From the NCBI GenBank assembly GCA_051294905.1, contig CM119372.1, positions 35,094,001 to 35,158,000 on the forward strand: a stretch of 64,000 nucleotides of DNA, read 5' to 3'. The notes under the pieces are model-generated. The model was not told where the DNA came from, did not search any database, and saw only the letters and a program-made list of their open reading frames with translations. The position numbers and the translations under genes are program-made. This document shows, in pieces, positions 47,415-60,094 of this stretch. The DNA is from Botryllus schlosseri. Its lineage: Eukaryota. Numbering within the stretch: the first letter of the stretch is position 1; each line of letters begins with the position of its first letter.

Positions 47415-50400
47415 GCATAGATGGTTATACTGTAAAGCTCATCAAACCTCATTTTCACTACAAATGTTTGTTCAGTCATATTTAGTTGTAGGTTTGCGTT
47501 GGTGATCACGACTATTGCTTCATCAATCTCGTACACGAATAAACTTGAACCGTTCGTTCAAGTTCGGTAGGCTACGCACTTTTCAATAAAGTAATGTCCC
47601 CTGATGATATATGAATATATGGATACACTGTGCATAAATTACAATATTTATGAGCCCTAAGCGAGTTACGGGACTCTCTCCGCTTGGAAAAGGTCTTACT
47701 TAAGGCATTCTTCAAGTGGCAGTACAGGATGTAGTTACATTTAATTGGGATGCAATCAATAAGACATGACGTAATAATTTCATTTTGCCAAGACAATATT
47801 TCCAAGGTTCGTCCATTTACATATACAACTGTCAACATCAAGGAAAATATTAACAACAGAACCGTATAGTTGGCGTAGCAGCATCATTCGAAATTACAAG
47901 TATTCAATTAAGTAAATAGCGTACTAATAGTGATATGAAGAGCTTCTTGCAGGTACAGAACTTCGGTATACAATTACATAGTATATATTCATATTGAAAT
48001 GGACCCGAATATTTTGGGCTGACACTCCTCAGGGGCATAGTCAGCAGATAGTAGAGAATTGGAGAGCACATTGTATATCAACAATCGTACCACAAATATG
48101 AATACTTTGTCGCGCCGATAGCAAAAGATATACAATGCAATACAACTTAAATAGTTTCACGAGCTTTAGTTATATTCATACAAGTTGACGGTAGATAGGT
48201 TGTGGAAGCTACCAAGGTCTTACGTTTAAATACCAAATATTGATGTTATTAGGAAAGGTTTTTGCAATTTTTGTAACTTTTTTACATTTTCAGGCAACAT
48301 CCAATATACTTATAATTTTTGTAGTATGATGTTTTGGGCTGTATAATGGAATTTTATATTGTAAATTATTCAACTTTTCTCTATTTTTCAAGCAACTTTG
48401 TACTGCAACTTTTATCAAGTATTACGCAGAATCTGAATTAGGAATTTAAAAATCCTGCTATACAACTATTTTAGTATTGCTTCACTCTCTTCGATTTGCA
48501 TAAGAAAAAACTTTTTGATTAACTAGTTGCATCTTAACGTTATCTATGACGCAAGTTCAACAACTCCAGCCAAGCATGACAGTGCCAGAACTAAATTAGA
48601 AGTGGAAGTATTACTTGACTTCTGGAGAAACCCGTATATGACCGGAATTAGGTTGTGGGGCCAAGTTTTATTGATAGCTTAGTTAGTTCGAGTGTTTGTT
48701 TATAAACGTTATTTTGGTGGGGTTAATGGCTGTTGAGATACTGACTACATCCCCCCCCACACACACACACAATACGTAAGGTACCTGATGTGAATAACAA
48801 AAGCAGCCAGCAAAAGAAAGCAGGTGGGCGAAAGCATTTTTTTGTACACTGTTTAGCTGTTGCGCTTTTAAATTTTACAATGGATATTTCAATTTTTTCG
48901 TTTAGTGAAATATTCAATTAATTGGATTGATTTGATACAGATTGCATAATGAAGAGGATATAAAAAAAAACAATATTTTAATTAGGGTTCCTAATCCGGT
49001 TTTTTATTTTCTATTTTCCTTTTTTCGTCTAATCTAATTCTAAAGAAATTCCAAATTGACACTAAGCAAAACTAAATATGCCAATCACTAACATGAAACT
49101 TAGATGGTTGAAGACATCATTCAGACTGTGAAATACCACGCTTATATCCATTATAGGGAATGAATATTCCTTAGGAATAAGATTCGCAAATATCTAAAAC
49201 CCATACGGTTAGCGGAATGAGTTGGAGATCTGATGCTTATTACATTAGCCATCTTTGAACGCTGGCTATCCCATCTCCTTCTCGCTATGGATCCTCGAAT
49301 GCGGTGTCTTACGAAGCCAAGAAGTTGGCCGTGCTACAAGTTGGCATATATGAAATGATACAATGTTAAACATCGGCCATTGCAGTCGAAAAACATCATA
49401 AATCCGCAAGCAACAACAACTAGGCATGCCATGTAAGTATAGGTTTACCATATTTTTGTGTCTCGATTTCCGGACTCTCTTTGTCGCCTACTGATGGGTT
49501 TTACAATGAGGTATGATCCCATTGTAAGTCAATATGACGTCACACTATCTAGGCTTTGCCCATCAAATGTATAGAGCTGTTCAAAAACTTTTTTTTTCAA
49601 ATTTCATTGGCTTAGCTGAAAAATCGTCTGGTTACCTAAAAAATACGTTGCAGACCAAATTTGACTCAATTCCAACCAGTAGATGCCGATGCCCGCCAAT
49701 TCAAAATTCCGGTCATTTTGGGAATAAAAGTAATAAAATATCGTCATCCCGACATAATGAAAAATCGTGTTCCATGCATGCCTGAAGGTGTTAGGGTGAT
49801 TTTCCATGCGTTTCAATCTTGACGACGGCCTATGATAGAGTATGGATGAAGATATCTTCAGTTAACGAATAAAAGATATGACACGGATTAGCTGAAAATT
49901 AGTCGACTTCATTGAAATAGTCAGTCACGTTCAAATGATGGGATATGATTTGAAAATAAAGAACTTTCACACTAGAACTACCGACCACGAAAACGAAATA
50001 AACTGACAAGCATGCAAAACACCTGTAAGTATATTTCTCAAGTTAGGTTCAATATCTATATTGTTTGTCGATCTAATGTAGGTTTCACGAAGTCTTAACG
50101 AAGCTTGTGACTGTATTCTTCACAAATACAATCTGATATTATGTTATCGTATCATTTGCTTTTCAGCGCTCCTCCATTACTCTCTCAGGCGAATTGATAC
50201 TAATGGGCACTGTTTTGGACTTTCAGTAGAGACACAATATCGTTCATTTACTCATGAGTATATGAACTCGGCTCATGTACCGATAGGATGCTCGAGAATG
50301 ATCACCGAAGTTGATAATATTCGTGACATATCTTCTTCCTATCAAAGGTTATCGTCCTCTCTTCAAGTCATTCTCCATATTCGGTTAACACCATTTAATT

Positions 50401-50619
50401 GTCTTCATTTATCACGGTAGAACACCAATACCTTTTTATTATCATGTGTCGTTATATCTTCTGAGTAAAAATGTATATTGGGATATGCTTGCAATGAACT
50501 TTGTGAGGAAAATCGTAGCCTAATGACAAGTGGACGAAGGAGCCCTTGTATTAAAATAGAAAATGAAGGCGCGAAAGGCTTCAGTTAATCGGAGGCGAGC
50601 GCTTTACCAGTAACGTCAC

Positions 50620-52623
50620 CAGACATGGGGTAATCGCGATTAGTAATCGTAATCGATTACGACGATTACAGCATTTTCAAGTAATCGTAATCGCAGTCGA
50701 TTACATTCGAGAAAATTCCGAAGTAATCGTAATCGACTACTTCCCATATTTAATCGATTTCTTTGCAAAAGAACGATTACTTTTCATTTGTACAGGACTA
50801 TGAGATAAACGGAACATTCGTGAACAAGGAAGAGGTATTATACCGGTTAGTGACAGCACAAACGTCAGATTTTCAAATGCCACTGCTCATTATGACGTCA
50901 GAAGGGGACTATTAGCTTTGCTCGTCATTGCGTAAGAAGTATCCAGCTATCCACACATAGTGAATAGATATTCGATGCCCATTAGTGTGATTGTAAGAAC
51001 ACTCACCGTACTGCATATCAGGTTATCAATACATTCCAGACGCCACTACCTCGCAGCAGGATAATTAACCATCACTCTGCCTAGTTTCAAATAGTAACTT
51101 TTGTATTGATGTTTGGTTATGCTTAGTTAAACGCGGTTTGACCGTTGCTGCTTGGCGAGCAGTAGGCCTGTGTAGTGCGAACGTACACCGGACAAAGGTT
51201 TGAAATTTGAAAACTCATCAAATAAAATATTACGGTTTCCACGACGAAGCATTAAAACCAACAACTGCTGATATATATCATAACCGAGCTGGTTCTCGTA
51301 ATGCCGCTTGCATTACATTATCTGTATTAAGTTGTAGGCAGAATTTTATGTTTACTTTCTCTTATTCTCATATGATTCTACTTGAAACAGGCGCTAATCG
51401 TTATTTCACAATTCTTTACTCAACATTCGGGCCTGCCGCCATAGACATCGGCTTATATGCAATGTTAGCGTGGCATGTAGCTAAAATCAGGACAAACACA
51501 TCAAAACGTCCCCCACTCCAAACGTTGCTCTTGGGCCCCCATAGGGTAGTAAATTTTCAAGTTGAAGATTTAATTTCGTCAATGATATTGATAATTGCAT
51601 TATGTTACTATTCATTTTTAATCCGCTCTCAGCCCCCGATGGTCAGATTTACCTGAAGAGCTGGAGGCACGTAATTCATAATTATAAAATCTCTTATCTT
51701 GTAATAATTAGTTACTTTAGGGTATGTTGTTAATTCGTGACCTCCGGTCTGTTGTATAATCAAAAGATATTGTTGTGGCCCAAACGTAGCAGACTAAAAG
51801 AAATAGGCTACTTGCGTGAGACGCACACACTAATTGCCATGTCTTTAATGCTCTGTGGGTGCCCGGGTGGCATTTGCATTGTGGGCTTAGATTGGAAGGA
51901 TCGGACTATTAGTCACGCCCACCCAGCGCGGCTATTGACAATGGACACATACCCCGAGTTTCGGCCCATGTCTTTCATTAGTAGCACACTTCGTGGATTC
52001 GCATGTTACCGAAACTGCATATGTGTTTTGGTGTGACGTGGCGCGGTATTGACTGGCACCTAAATGCCTATTACTACAAATTATGCATGCATTTTTTCTT
52101 GGCGTATGTATTTCAAAATCAAGCTATCTAGTAGAGACATTCAAATCGCGATGCTCGTAGATAATTTTCAAGTTCATGAAATCTCTCGCAAATAGTCTAT
52201 AATTTGTGTTGGTTTACAAAACACTTTTGAGTCCCCTTCGAACTCGCTCCTCACCCTATTAGGAAATTTGGGGTGCAACAGTTGTGGACCTGGCAAGAAT
52301 GCAAATCGTTGGGTGCGACAAATCGTCCTCTATAAAATAGGCAATGGGTACTTTATGACATAACAAGCAATTATCGCGTCTTTTTTTAAAGAAAGTTATT
52401 ATCTCATTAGGCCTTTTCAGCGCAATCCATATATTGTCTTCCAATATAACTTCTAAGATGCAAAATAAATGTAATCGTGAGTAATCGTGATTACTTTTCC
52501 AATGTAATCGTAATCGTAATCGACTACTTCCTGATTTTGCTGTAATCGTAATCGTAATCGCGTCATTCAGAAATAATCGTAATCGCAATCGATTACATTC
52601 ACGAAGTAATCACCCCATGTCTG
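50620..52623. mobile_element. 2.0-kb non-autonomous hAT-type element with (GTAATC)n subterminal arrays
   Basis: TIRs cagacatgggg / ccccatgtctg; perfect 8-bp TSD aacgtcac. Confidence 0.92.
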
Positions 52624-53425
52624 AACGTCACTACGAACATATGGGGACAATTATTCAGTCACCGTGCGAATAGGTTTTGGCATGTCTTTGAAATTGCTAT
52701 TTGCCCTTCCATTTGAGTAGACATTTAGACTGTTGCTTCAACGTCATCCTGAGTATTAAGGCTGACTAATTTGATAACCTCTGCTCTCACGCAATATGTT
52801 GTAGCGGGTGATGGAACGCCGCAAGTATCAAATACTGATGAGCGCATTGAATTCCACCGGTAAACTTCGTTTGTGCTCACTTGGTTTTCGTGGTGACTCT
52901 ACCCGGAGTGTTGAGTAAGAGAGGTAATGCAACCTGTCAACTGATATGAAATTACGTTTGACTAATGCTAATCTTGGTAAAAAAAAATATATGAACTGTT
53001 AGCCAAAGACGTAACTCACTTGTAACGAAGGCTTGCCAGAAACCATTTAACACTGAGGTAATATAAGATGCGGATGACATTCATTTGCACTTACTTAGTA
53101 CGCCGTGAGTTTATTCCCACTCAATTAGGCAGCGATGTCACGCAATTCTAATCCGGCAATATGTCGTATATATATATATATATATATCAGTACAAGTCCG
53201 TAAATAATATCAGTTGCTTAGCACTACTTTGAAATGTGAATGCTGAGGAAGCGTTTTGAATCATTGTTATTTTGTTTAATGAGAAAATATCCAAGATTTT
53301 ATACATAATCATATCTTTGGGCCGTGAGATAGAGAAGCGGGCGAAAAACTCTTTGGTAAATGGCATGATTTAAGAAATCAGACACCTACCGAGGCATAAG
53401 GGATGTAAAGAAGAGGCATGTACAC

Positions 53426-53885
53426 TAGGGCTGTTCAAAAATAAACTTGTTTTCAGATTTCCCTGGCTACTTGATAAAATTGCTAGGTTGCTGAAAACAA
53501 CGCTACACACCAACTCTGGCTGGCTCAATTCCAACCAGTAGAGCGATTTTCTTGCAGTAGAAAGTTTTGAATTTATCATTTAAAAACAAGAAATATTTTT
53601 TCTGTCAACCCCATAAAATTGTTGGGCTGTCAGTAGAGATGATGCACGCGAAATTTGGAACAATTCCAATCACTAGAAGCGAAGGTATTGCAGTAGAAAA
53701 ATTTCCAATTCCATGATTTTAAAATGAGTACTTGAATACTATTTCACTCAAATCCCAGTTTTGATACTGCAATAAATTCACTTCTACTGGTTGGAGTTGA
53801 GCCAAAATTGGTTTGCAGCGTTGTTTTCACCAACCTAACAATTTTATCAAGTAGCCAGTGAAATCTGAAGAAAAATGTTTTTTTT
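53426..53885. mobile_element. Older, partial foldback MITE of the TAGGGCTGTTCAAAAA family
   Basis: Starts tagggctgttcaaaaataa; inverted match cagattt-cctggctacttgataaaattg / caattttatcaagtagccagtgaaatctg; right terminus lost. Confidence 0.75.
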
Positions 53886-54668
53886 TTTATACTTGGAAAT
53901 GGATTATTAGATTACTAAATACTTGATACTTAGGAATGGATTGTGGAGTCAACCTCGGTCGGACAGAACCCGTAACTCATTGGTGTTGCAGCGGTGCATC
54001 GTACCATGACGCTAATCACCACTCATGGTATCCGAAGTGCGATAGGGTACCCCGAGGTTGAAAAGGTTGAGAACCACTGATCCACATTCAAACAATTGAT
54101 TAGACGTAAAATAAATGAAACAGAAACTGGGTCTAAAAACAATTTACTTGGCACTACGTACAACGCACAGTGAGTTGATGAAACACTCTCCAAACAACAT
54201 CGCCCCATACAACTCAGACAAAATGAGAATTTGGGAAGTTGAAAAGAAACAGTCACAACAAGTGCTTATAATGAACAGTGGCTAAAAACTTTTACACTCT
54301 AGCATGCTCTTGTTGAAATGTTTGTTCAGTCATCTGTCGTCGTGAGTTCGCGTTCGTGTTCTCAACAATTGCTTTCGCAATCACGTACACGCATAAACGT
54401 GAACCTTCCTAGGTTTGGCACACACTTTCCCGTAAAATATTCCATTATTATGATATTTTGGATATTCTTTGAACAAATTAGAATATTTATTAATCATATG
54501 CGACTTACTTGACGAACTCAAATTTGAAAATGCCTTTAATTTTGGAATTCTTAAAGTGGCAGTACAGGATGTAGTTACGTTTCATTTGGATGCAATTAAT
54601 GCGCCACAACGTAATGATTGCATCGTCAAGGTAACTAATAATACTAGAGACGTATAGTTATAATACCA

Positions 54669-55007
54669 TAGGGTTATCATACGTCCTCCGTCAGGAGGAT
54701 TTTTCCTCATATTTCTTATTTTTGAAAATGTCTTCCGATGACGCCTTAATGTCCTTATTTTTGGCAATTCGTCCTCCTTTATGGCTTTTACAGCTATGAT
54801 AAGGGACAGATTCGAGTGAAAATGGGCATAAATGACGCTAAATAGCAACGGCGGACGTGCAAGCGTGAAATTCGTGGTTCGATCGAAGGTGACGACCTTT
54901 TTTTTTAGTCAAAACCACTAAATTTGAGTAAAAGGTGTGTAAAACGCTAGTCAGACGAAGGTGGTAAAAGTGTCCTCCTTTTCCCGTTCCTAAATATGGT
55001 GACCCTA
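54669..55007 (+). mobile_element. Diverged TAGGGTTACCATA-family MITE
   Basis: tagggttatcatacgtcct / atatggtgacccta; TSD degraded. Confidence 0.7.
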
Positions 55008-55288
55008 AATAACAGCTTTATTCATGTTCCTAATCAGAACAACAGGTTAAATCGACACCATTACATGCATAGAAACGTTATTTGTCAAAAACATACTACT
55101 ACGACTTTGAATTTATCTGCAACAACTGCATTTATATGATTCTGTTCATATATTTATTCAAAGTATGTGGCACTATCATCTTAGGGTAGGCATGAGAGCC
55201 GAAGGCACCACAGCGACAAGAATATTAGATACTCGCTATTGTTCCTGGATGCATATTATATATATATAATGAATATGTGTGTATGTGA

Positions 55289-56233
55289 CAGTGTTTGGCA
55301 TCAAGTCACTACCTTCGAGTCACGAGTCATTTCGAGTCATTGAACAATATGACTCGAGTCAAGTCAAGTCAATCGATTTTCAAAGGTGACTCGAGTCAAG
55401 TCAAGTCACTCAATTTTTGGAGGTGACTCGAGTCAAGTCGAGTCAAGTCAAGTCACGAGTCAAGTCACAATTCAAGTCAAGTTGCCTTTTCGAAGCATGA
55501 AGCGTGATTACATCATTGCATTTCGCTAACTGTCTGAATTACAGATTGAGTGGTAATTGATTCTGCACCGATGAACGAATGTAGAGTTAAATATACACGC
55601 AATAAGGCGATTTATCGATGACATATAGCCTACGTAGAACTGTTAAACTACGTAAGTAATTGCATAGCCTCAGTTTATAGTTGCCAGCCTTAATAGAGAA
55701 TACAGAAACGAATAGATAAGATGCAATACATTACCCATTTATACATATTGCTATGATACACTTCGAGTCTGCGCCAATGGTTGAGGAGTATATAACCTAT
55801 ATTCGATTTCAATTTCAATTAAACAAGAGGTTTGGGTAAGGTAAGAACGGAGGGCTGGAATATAAATTTTCTATTGACTCACCTTACTACTAGTTTTCGA
55901 CAACGTAAGCTGTAAGCTTCGATCAATTCGTTTGTGGTCAATTTATTTGTGAGAGAACTATGGAGGCTCAGTAAAACGCACGATCATTGAATGATTGGTC
56001 GCACTCACGGGTTACAACAGTGTTTCGCGAACAATCCGAACATATGCAAGATAGTGATTTTTATCGACACTGGTTAGTTGATGACTTGAAATTGACTCGT
56101 GAATTTTGCTCCGAGTCACGAGTCAATCCATATTTCTGATACGTCGAGTCAAGTCAAGTCAAGTCATTTTAGCAAAGTGACTCGAGTCAAGTGAAGTCAT
56201 ACGAAAAAGGTGACTCGAGTCATCCCAACACTG
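55289..56233. mobile_element. Non-autonomous hAT-type element with GACTCGAGTC/(AAGTC)n subterminal arrays
   Basis: cagtgtttgg / cccaacactg; TSD gtatgtga/gtatgtgg. Confidence 0.85.
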
Positions 56234-57734
56234 GTATGTGGTGGGTCGCGAAAGTGTGAATGAAGCAAGTCCTTACATGGCGTCTGGTCTGGTGTGAGAT
56301 TAATGGAAATTAATATAGCCGCTAGATTCATGCTAATTATATTTTTGGAAAATACCGTGTTCCCGAATAGTAATGTCTATAATTCTTTACGAGGAGTCAT
56401 GTAACAAAGGCGTCTGAACAAAGTCAACATATGCAGATTTATTTATCACTTCTAAGTCATTTTGTGCATCTTGACTGAGTTTTCTTGACGTTTATTGAAA
56501 TCGCTTCCATACTACTGGGCTATTTTCTCGGAATATTCAGCTATTGCCTAACAACTTGTAGCTGCATGCATGCAATCCAATGCACAGCTATCCAGAAAGG
56601 AGTTGTGTTTGGCTTACCACATTCAGAATAACTCATTTGGAATTTTTAATATGACAAGATGAAATCCTCTTGACAAAAGTTCGTATATACTTTACGGAGG
56701 TGTCACATTTATTCTTAGCCAGGTTCGTTTGATAGTGGAAAGTTTTTTTTCCGCATTGAAAACGCGATATCTTCATGATTATATGAGCAAAATTTCTTCA
56801 CAGTTATGCTGTAACAAATATAGTAACAGTTCAGCAAATGGTCAGATTAAACGCTGGTACATCCCGTCAAATTTGCAGCATTGACCGGTCATAACCGGTG
56901 GAAGGTGATGCTGATATCAATATATTATGTTTCAAATATATTTGCCTGCAGTCTTCAAAATCTTGGTAAAGCATTGCAGATGAGTAATTATAGGTAATCG
57001 CCACATTTAAACACAAAAAACGCGATCAGTTCGTACGACAACCACTCAACAAAACCATGATCAATGTTCAGTATTAATGGAACATCTAACTCTTACTATG
57101 ATGAGATCTCAGATTAGGATTGTAAGAATGGTTGCATTTAAAACAAAAATTCATTTAGAACATACATGTTTAAAACAAGGCCCTTGTTTAAAACATTTTT
57201 TCGTTGTTTTTTAAGCCATTTCACGACTATTCAACTGTTTTAAACAACGATTGGTATTAAATGAAATTCTAGTTGTAATTGTGTAAACAAAATTCGCCGT
57301 GGGCATTTGCATCTGAATGCCATTGTATTCGTACCGAAGTTATAAGATTTTAACATGCGGTGCTACTGTACCTCATTAATTTCTGCGCTATCGCGTTCAC
57401 GCGTCACCGCTCCCTAACGATTTGAGAAACTTCCGACACGCATTTAATCACTGTTGAATATTATCGACGCGATTAAGCTGTCACCCCAGTGAAAGAATTT
57501 CCGATGCTTCTCAGCTGTTGATGTGAAGGAAATGTATATAGTGGGCAGCTGATATTATTCAGAGCAAAAGCAAGAGATTACGAAGCGATGACAAGTTAAG
57601 ATGAGATTATCGTAAGATTACATTTTTATCTGTCAAGACACACACCATGTACAATGAAATGTGTCGCACCAGTAAACAGAAGACTCTTGTTTCGCTGGCT
57701 TTTACTAACTTAAATCTCGGCGTCAAATACAACA

Positions 57735-57867
57735 GTAACAGTAACAGTAACAGTAGCGATTTAAGTAACGGAGGAATTGGAAACTAATGATTAGAAAAGC
57801 AATGATTACATGATGCACGATGGCTTGAATACAAAAGACTATACGAATCACCACAATCTCCCCCACC
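57735..57867 (-). mobile_element. Polypurine tract and start of the 3' LTR
   Basis: Minus strand GGTGGGGGAGAT (57867-57856) is followed directly by TGTGGTG (LTR start at 57855), ~40 bp after the integrase stop; the distal LTR boundary is not resolved. Confidence 0.7.
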
Positions 57868-57909
57868 AAATAAAATTGAATACAAAATTGGCACATTAGC
57901 ACATCAAAA

Positions 57910-58755
57910 TCACTTTACGCGGTCGCCGTACCATTCCGGACACTTTCTAACCCTATTAGATCGGCGCGGAATTGGCGTATGCGACGAATTGCCCTTCAAT
58001 AACGAAGTCTCATTCTCGGGCTCTTTATCATCCAACGCCTCGGCACGATCATTCGGTGTCGGAATGATTTCAGTCCTGGAACCGGCTCTCGCTTCCGGTT
58101 TCTCCACATCGATGGTGGTAGGGTTCGGAGCCAAGTCTCTCACAGACACGGTGGACTCTCTTCCATCTTCGTAGCGTATTAACGCGTACTTAGGATTCAC
58201 ATCAAGCAGCTCGACCGGGTCGCAAAGCGGTTCAGACTTCGAAGATCGATGGAAACGTCGTAACAGTACAGAGTCGGCGAAAAGTAACCAATCAGGAATC
58301 GAGGGTCCAATCATCGAGCGTCTAGGAAAACCAAAAAATCGTTCATGTGGTGTTACGTTTGTAGCTGTACAAAGCAGCGATCGCACGCTATGTAGCGCAT
58401 CATTCAACACCATTTCCCACGCAGATTCCGGCAGCCGCTCCGTAGCAAGAATCAATTTGATGGTTCTCCAAATCGTTTGGTTGACGCGATCACACTGAGA
58501 ATTACCCGTAGGATGATACGGAGTAGACCTGCTAGTAGCGACAGCACGTTTGGTTACAAACGTAATCAAATCTCTGGAGATAAAAGAGTTTCCTCTATCG
58601 CTATGGATATATTCGGGAACTCCTACGAGCGAAAACAGCGTCTTCAAATTGCGCATCACGGTTGGAGTAGACATATCACGACACGGAAAAACAAAAGGAA
58701 ATCGACTGTATTCATTCACAACAATCAATAAAAACCTGTTTCTCCCAGACACGGG
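57910..58755 (-). pseudogene. LTR-retrotransposon (Gypsy-like) integrase, core and C-terminus, 5'-truncated
   Basis: LLIVVNEYSRF, GVPEYIHSDRG, STPYHPTGNSQCDRVNQTI, TPHERFFG, RRSNR..K.P; integrase is at the 3' end of pol; the frame is cut at 58755/58756. Confidence 0.92.
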
Positions 58756-58792
58756 AGTAGTATAGTCGCTCGCTCGCATGACGCAATGGGGC

Positions 58793-59070
58793 TCTTATGG
58801 GCGGGGTGGTGACGCGCCTGAAAATCGGGGGTGGTGATGCGCCTTTTTAGACCCCCCTTGCGGCGGTGATGCGCCATGTGTTCTTATGGGTGCGGTCGTG
58901 ATTCGCCTTTTCGGCTATAGGCTGCGGCGGTGACGCGCCAGAAAACCCGGGGTGGTGACTCGCCTTTTTTGCTATAGGTGGTGGCGGTGAGTCGTATTTC
59001 ATGTATTCTTACGGGTTCTGTGGTGATTCACCGTGTGTTCTTATGGGCGGGGTCGTGATTCGCACTTTCG
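58793..59070. repeat. GC-rich degenerate array: 9 copies of GGTGA(c/t)(g/t)CGCC-like motif, 121-bp higher-order period
   Basis: Copies start at 58808, 58833, 58865, 58897, 58929, 58954, 58986, 59022, 59054. Confidence 0.9.
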
Positions 59071-59560
59071 GCCATCTCTCGCGTGGTGTTGAATATGTAC
59101 GAGTCACCAACAATAACCACACAAACGGAAACGTGGCTTGTTGTGAGGATTAAGCAGTGCGACCTATATTTCGAATGACCTGCGCGCTGAATTGTTGCCC
59201 GTGCAGCTGTTTTGTGCTACTATCGTATCGATTATTACACTAATCCAGTCAGTGCGAAATAGTTTGCTAAATCTAGGAATCACTTCCAAGGTAATATTTT
59301 GGTAATTAGTTTACCGCAGAGCCGGCGTAGTCGGCGATTCGAATATCAACAATAACCGCGTTCACAAACTAACACTTCAAAAATGTGTGAAATAGTTTGC
59401 AAAACCCCGCGATCTCTGACAAGATAATGACTCGGGTGACATGATAACGTTACAGGTATAGGCTGAGGTGGTGATTCGCCATGTGTTCTTATGGGTGCGC
59501 TCGCACGTCGTACTTTCAAGTATAGGTATCTCTCGCATGTCGTATTGGAAACTCGTGTTG

Positions 59561-60094
59561 GCTCGCTCACGCGGTGAAATTTTAGTAATCAGTTTGTCGC
59601 AGAACTTGATTTCACTCATAAGATTTAATAAGTAACGAATAACAGACCGCCAGTGTCGGTAACTTGAATAGCGACAAATCGTCACTTATTTCCGCTCTAA
59701 GCCTAATCCTTTGTGAAGTGAACGCTTATTCAAAAGGTTGTGATATAATTTTAAAATCCAACGACCACTCACCGGATAATGCTGCAGACATGGCACTCTC
59801 TCATGCTCGCTCACGCGGTGAAATTTTAGTAATCAGTTTGTCGCAGAACTTGATTTCACTCGTAAGATTTAATAAGTAACGAATAACAGACCGCCAGTGT
59901 CGGTAACTTGAATAGCGACAAATTGTCACTTATTTCCGCTCTAACCCTAATCCTTTGTGAAGTGAACGCTTATTCAAAAGGTTGTGATATAATTTTAAAA
60001 TCCAACGACCACTCACCGGATAATGCTGCAGACATAGCACTCTCTCATACCCGCTCACAAGGTAATATTTCGGTAATTAGTTTGTCACAGAACC
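59561..60094. repeat. 244-bp tandem duplication plus a partial third unit
   Basis: Units start at 59561, 59805 and 60049; near-identical ORFs 59664 and 59908 in the track. Confidence 0.93.

Larger units (their letters stand above)
46965..56950 (-). pseudogene. Probable decayed multi-exon gene for an FN3 / class I cytokine-receptor-like protein
   Basis: Minus-strand exon-like pieces, several with GTAAG/GTGAG donors: INCIQMKRNYILYCHF (~54509-54630) and paralogous IDCIPIKCNYILYCHL (~47700-47790); 33-bp exon VKWFLASLRY (53020-53052) splicing into KLHY (52933); PATTYCVRAE (52779-52808); YSITIYA|CQLTRTS joined across the 47038 MITE. Stops and frameshifts are present; boundaries are approximate. 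Confidence 0.4.

Noticed and set aside
57516..57733. TGTTG...CAACA segment as a solo LTR
   Set aside because: No matching TSD and no second copy in the window.
57910..58779. Integrase as the Polinton integrase that mobilised the palindrome
   Set aside because: It is followed by a polypurine tract and a TG-starting LTR, has a Gypsy-style C-terminus and lies outside the AGTAGT terminus that truncates it. The ORF's first residues (MRASDYTT) are not integrase.
58793..59070. CRISPR-like repeat/spacer array
   Set aside because: Repeats are short and degenerate, the spacers themselves repeat with a 121-bp period, the context is eukaryotic and there are no cas genes.
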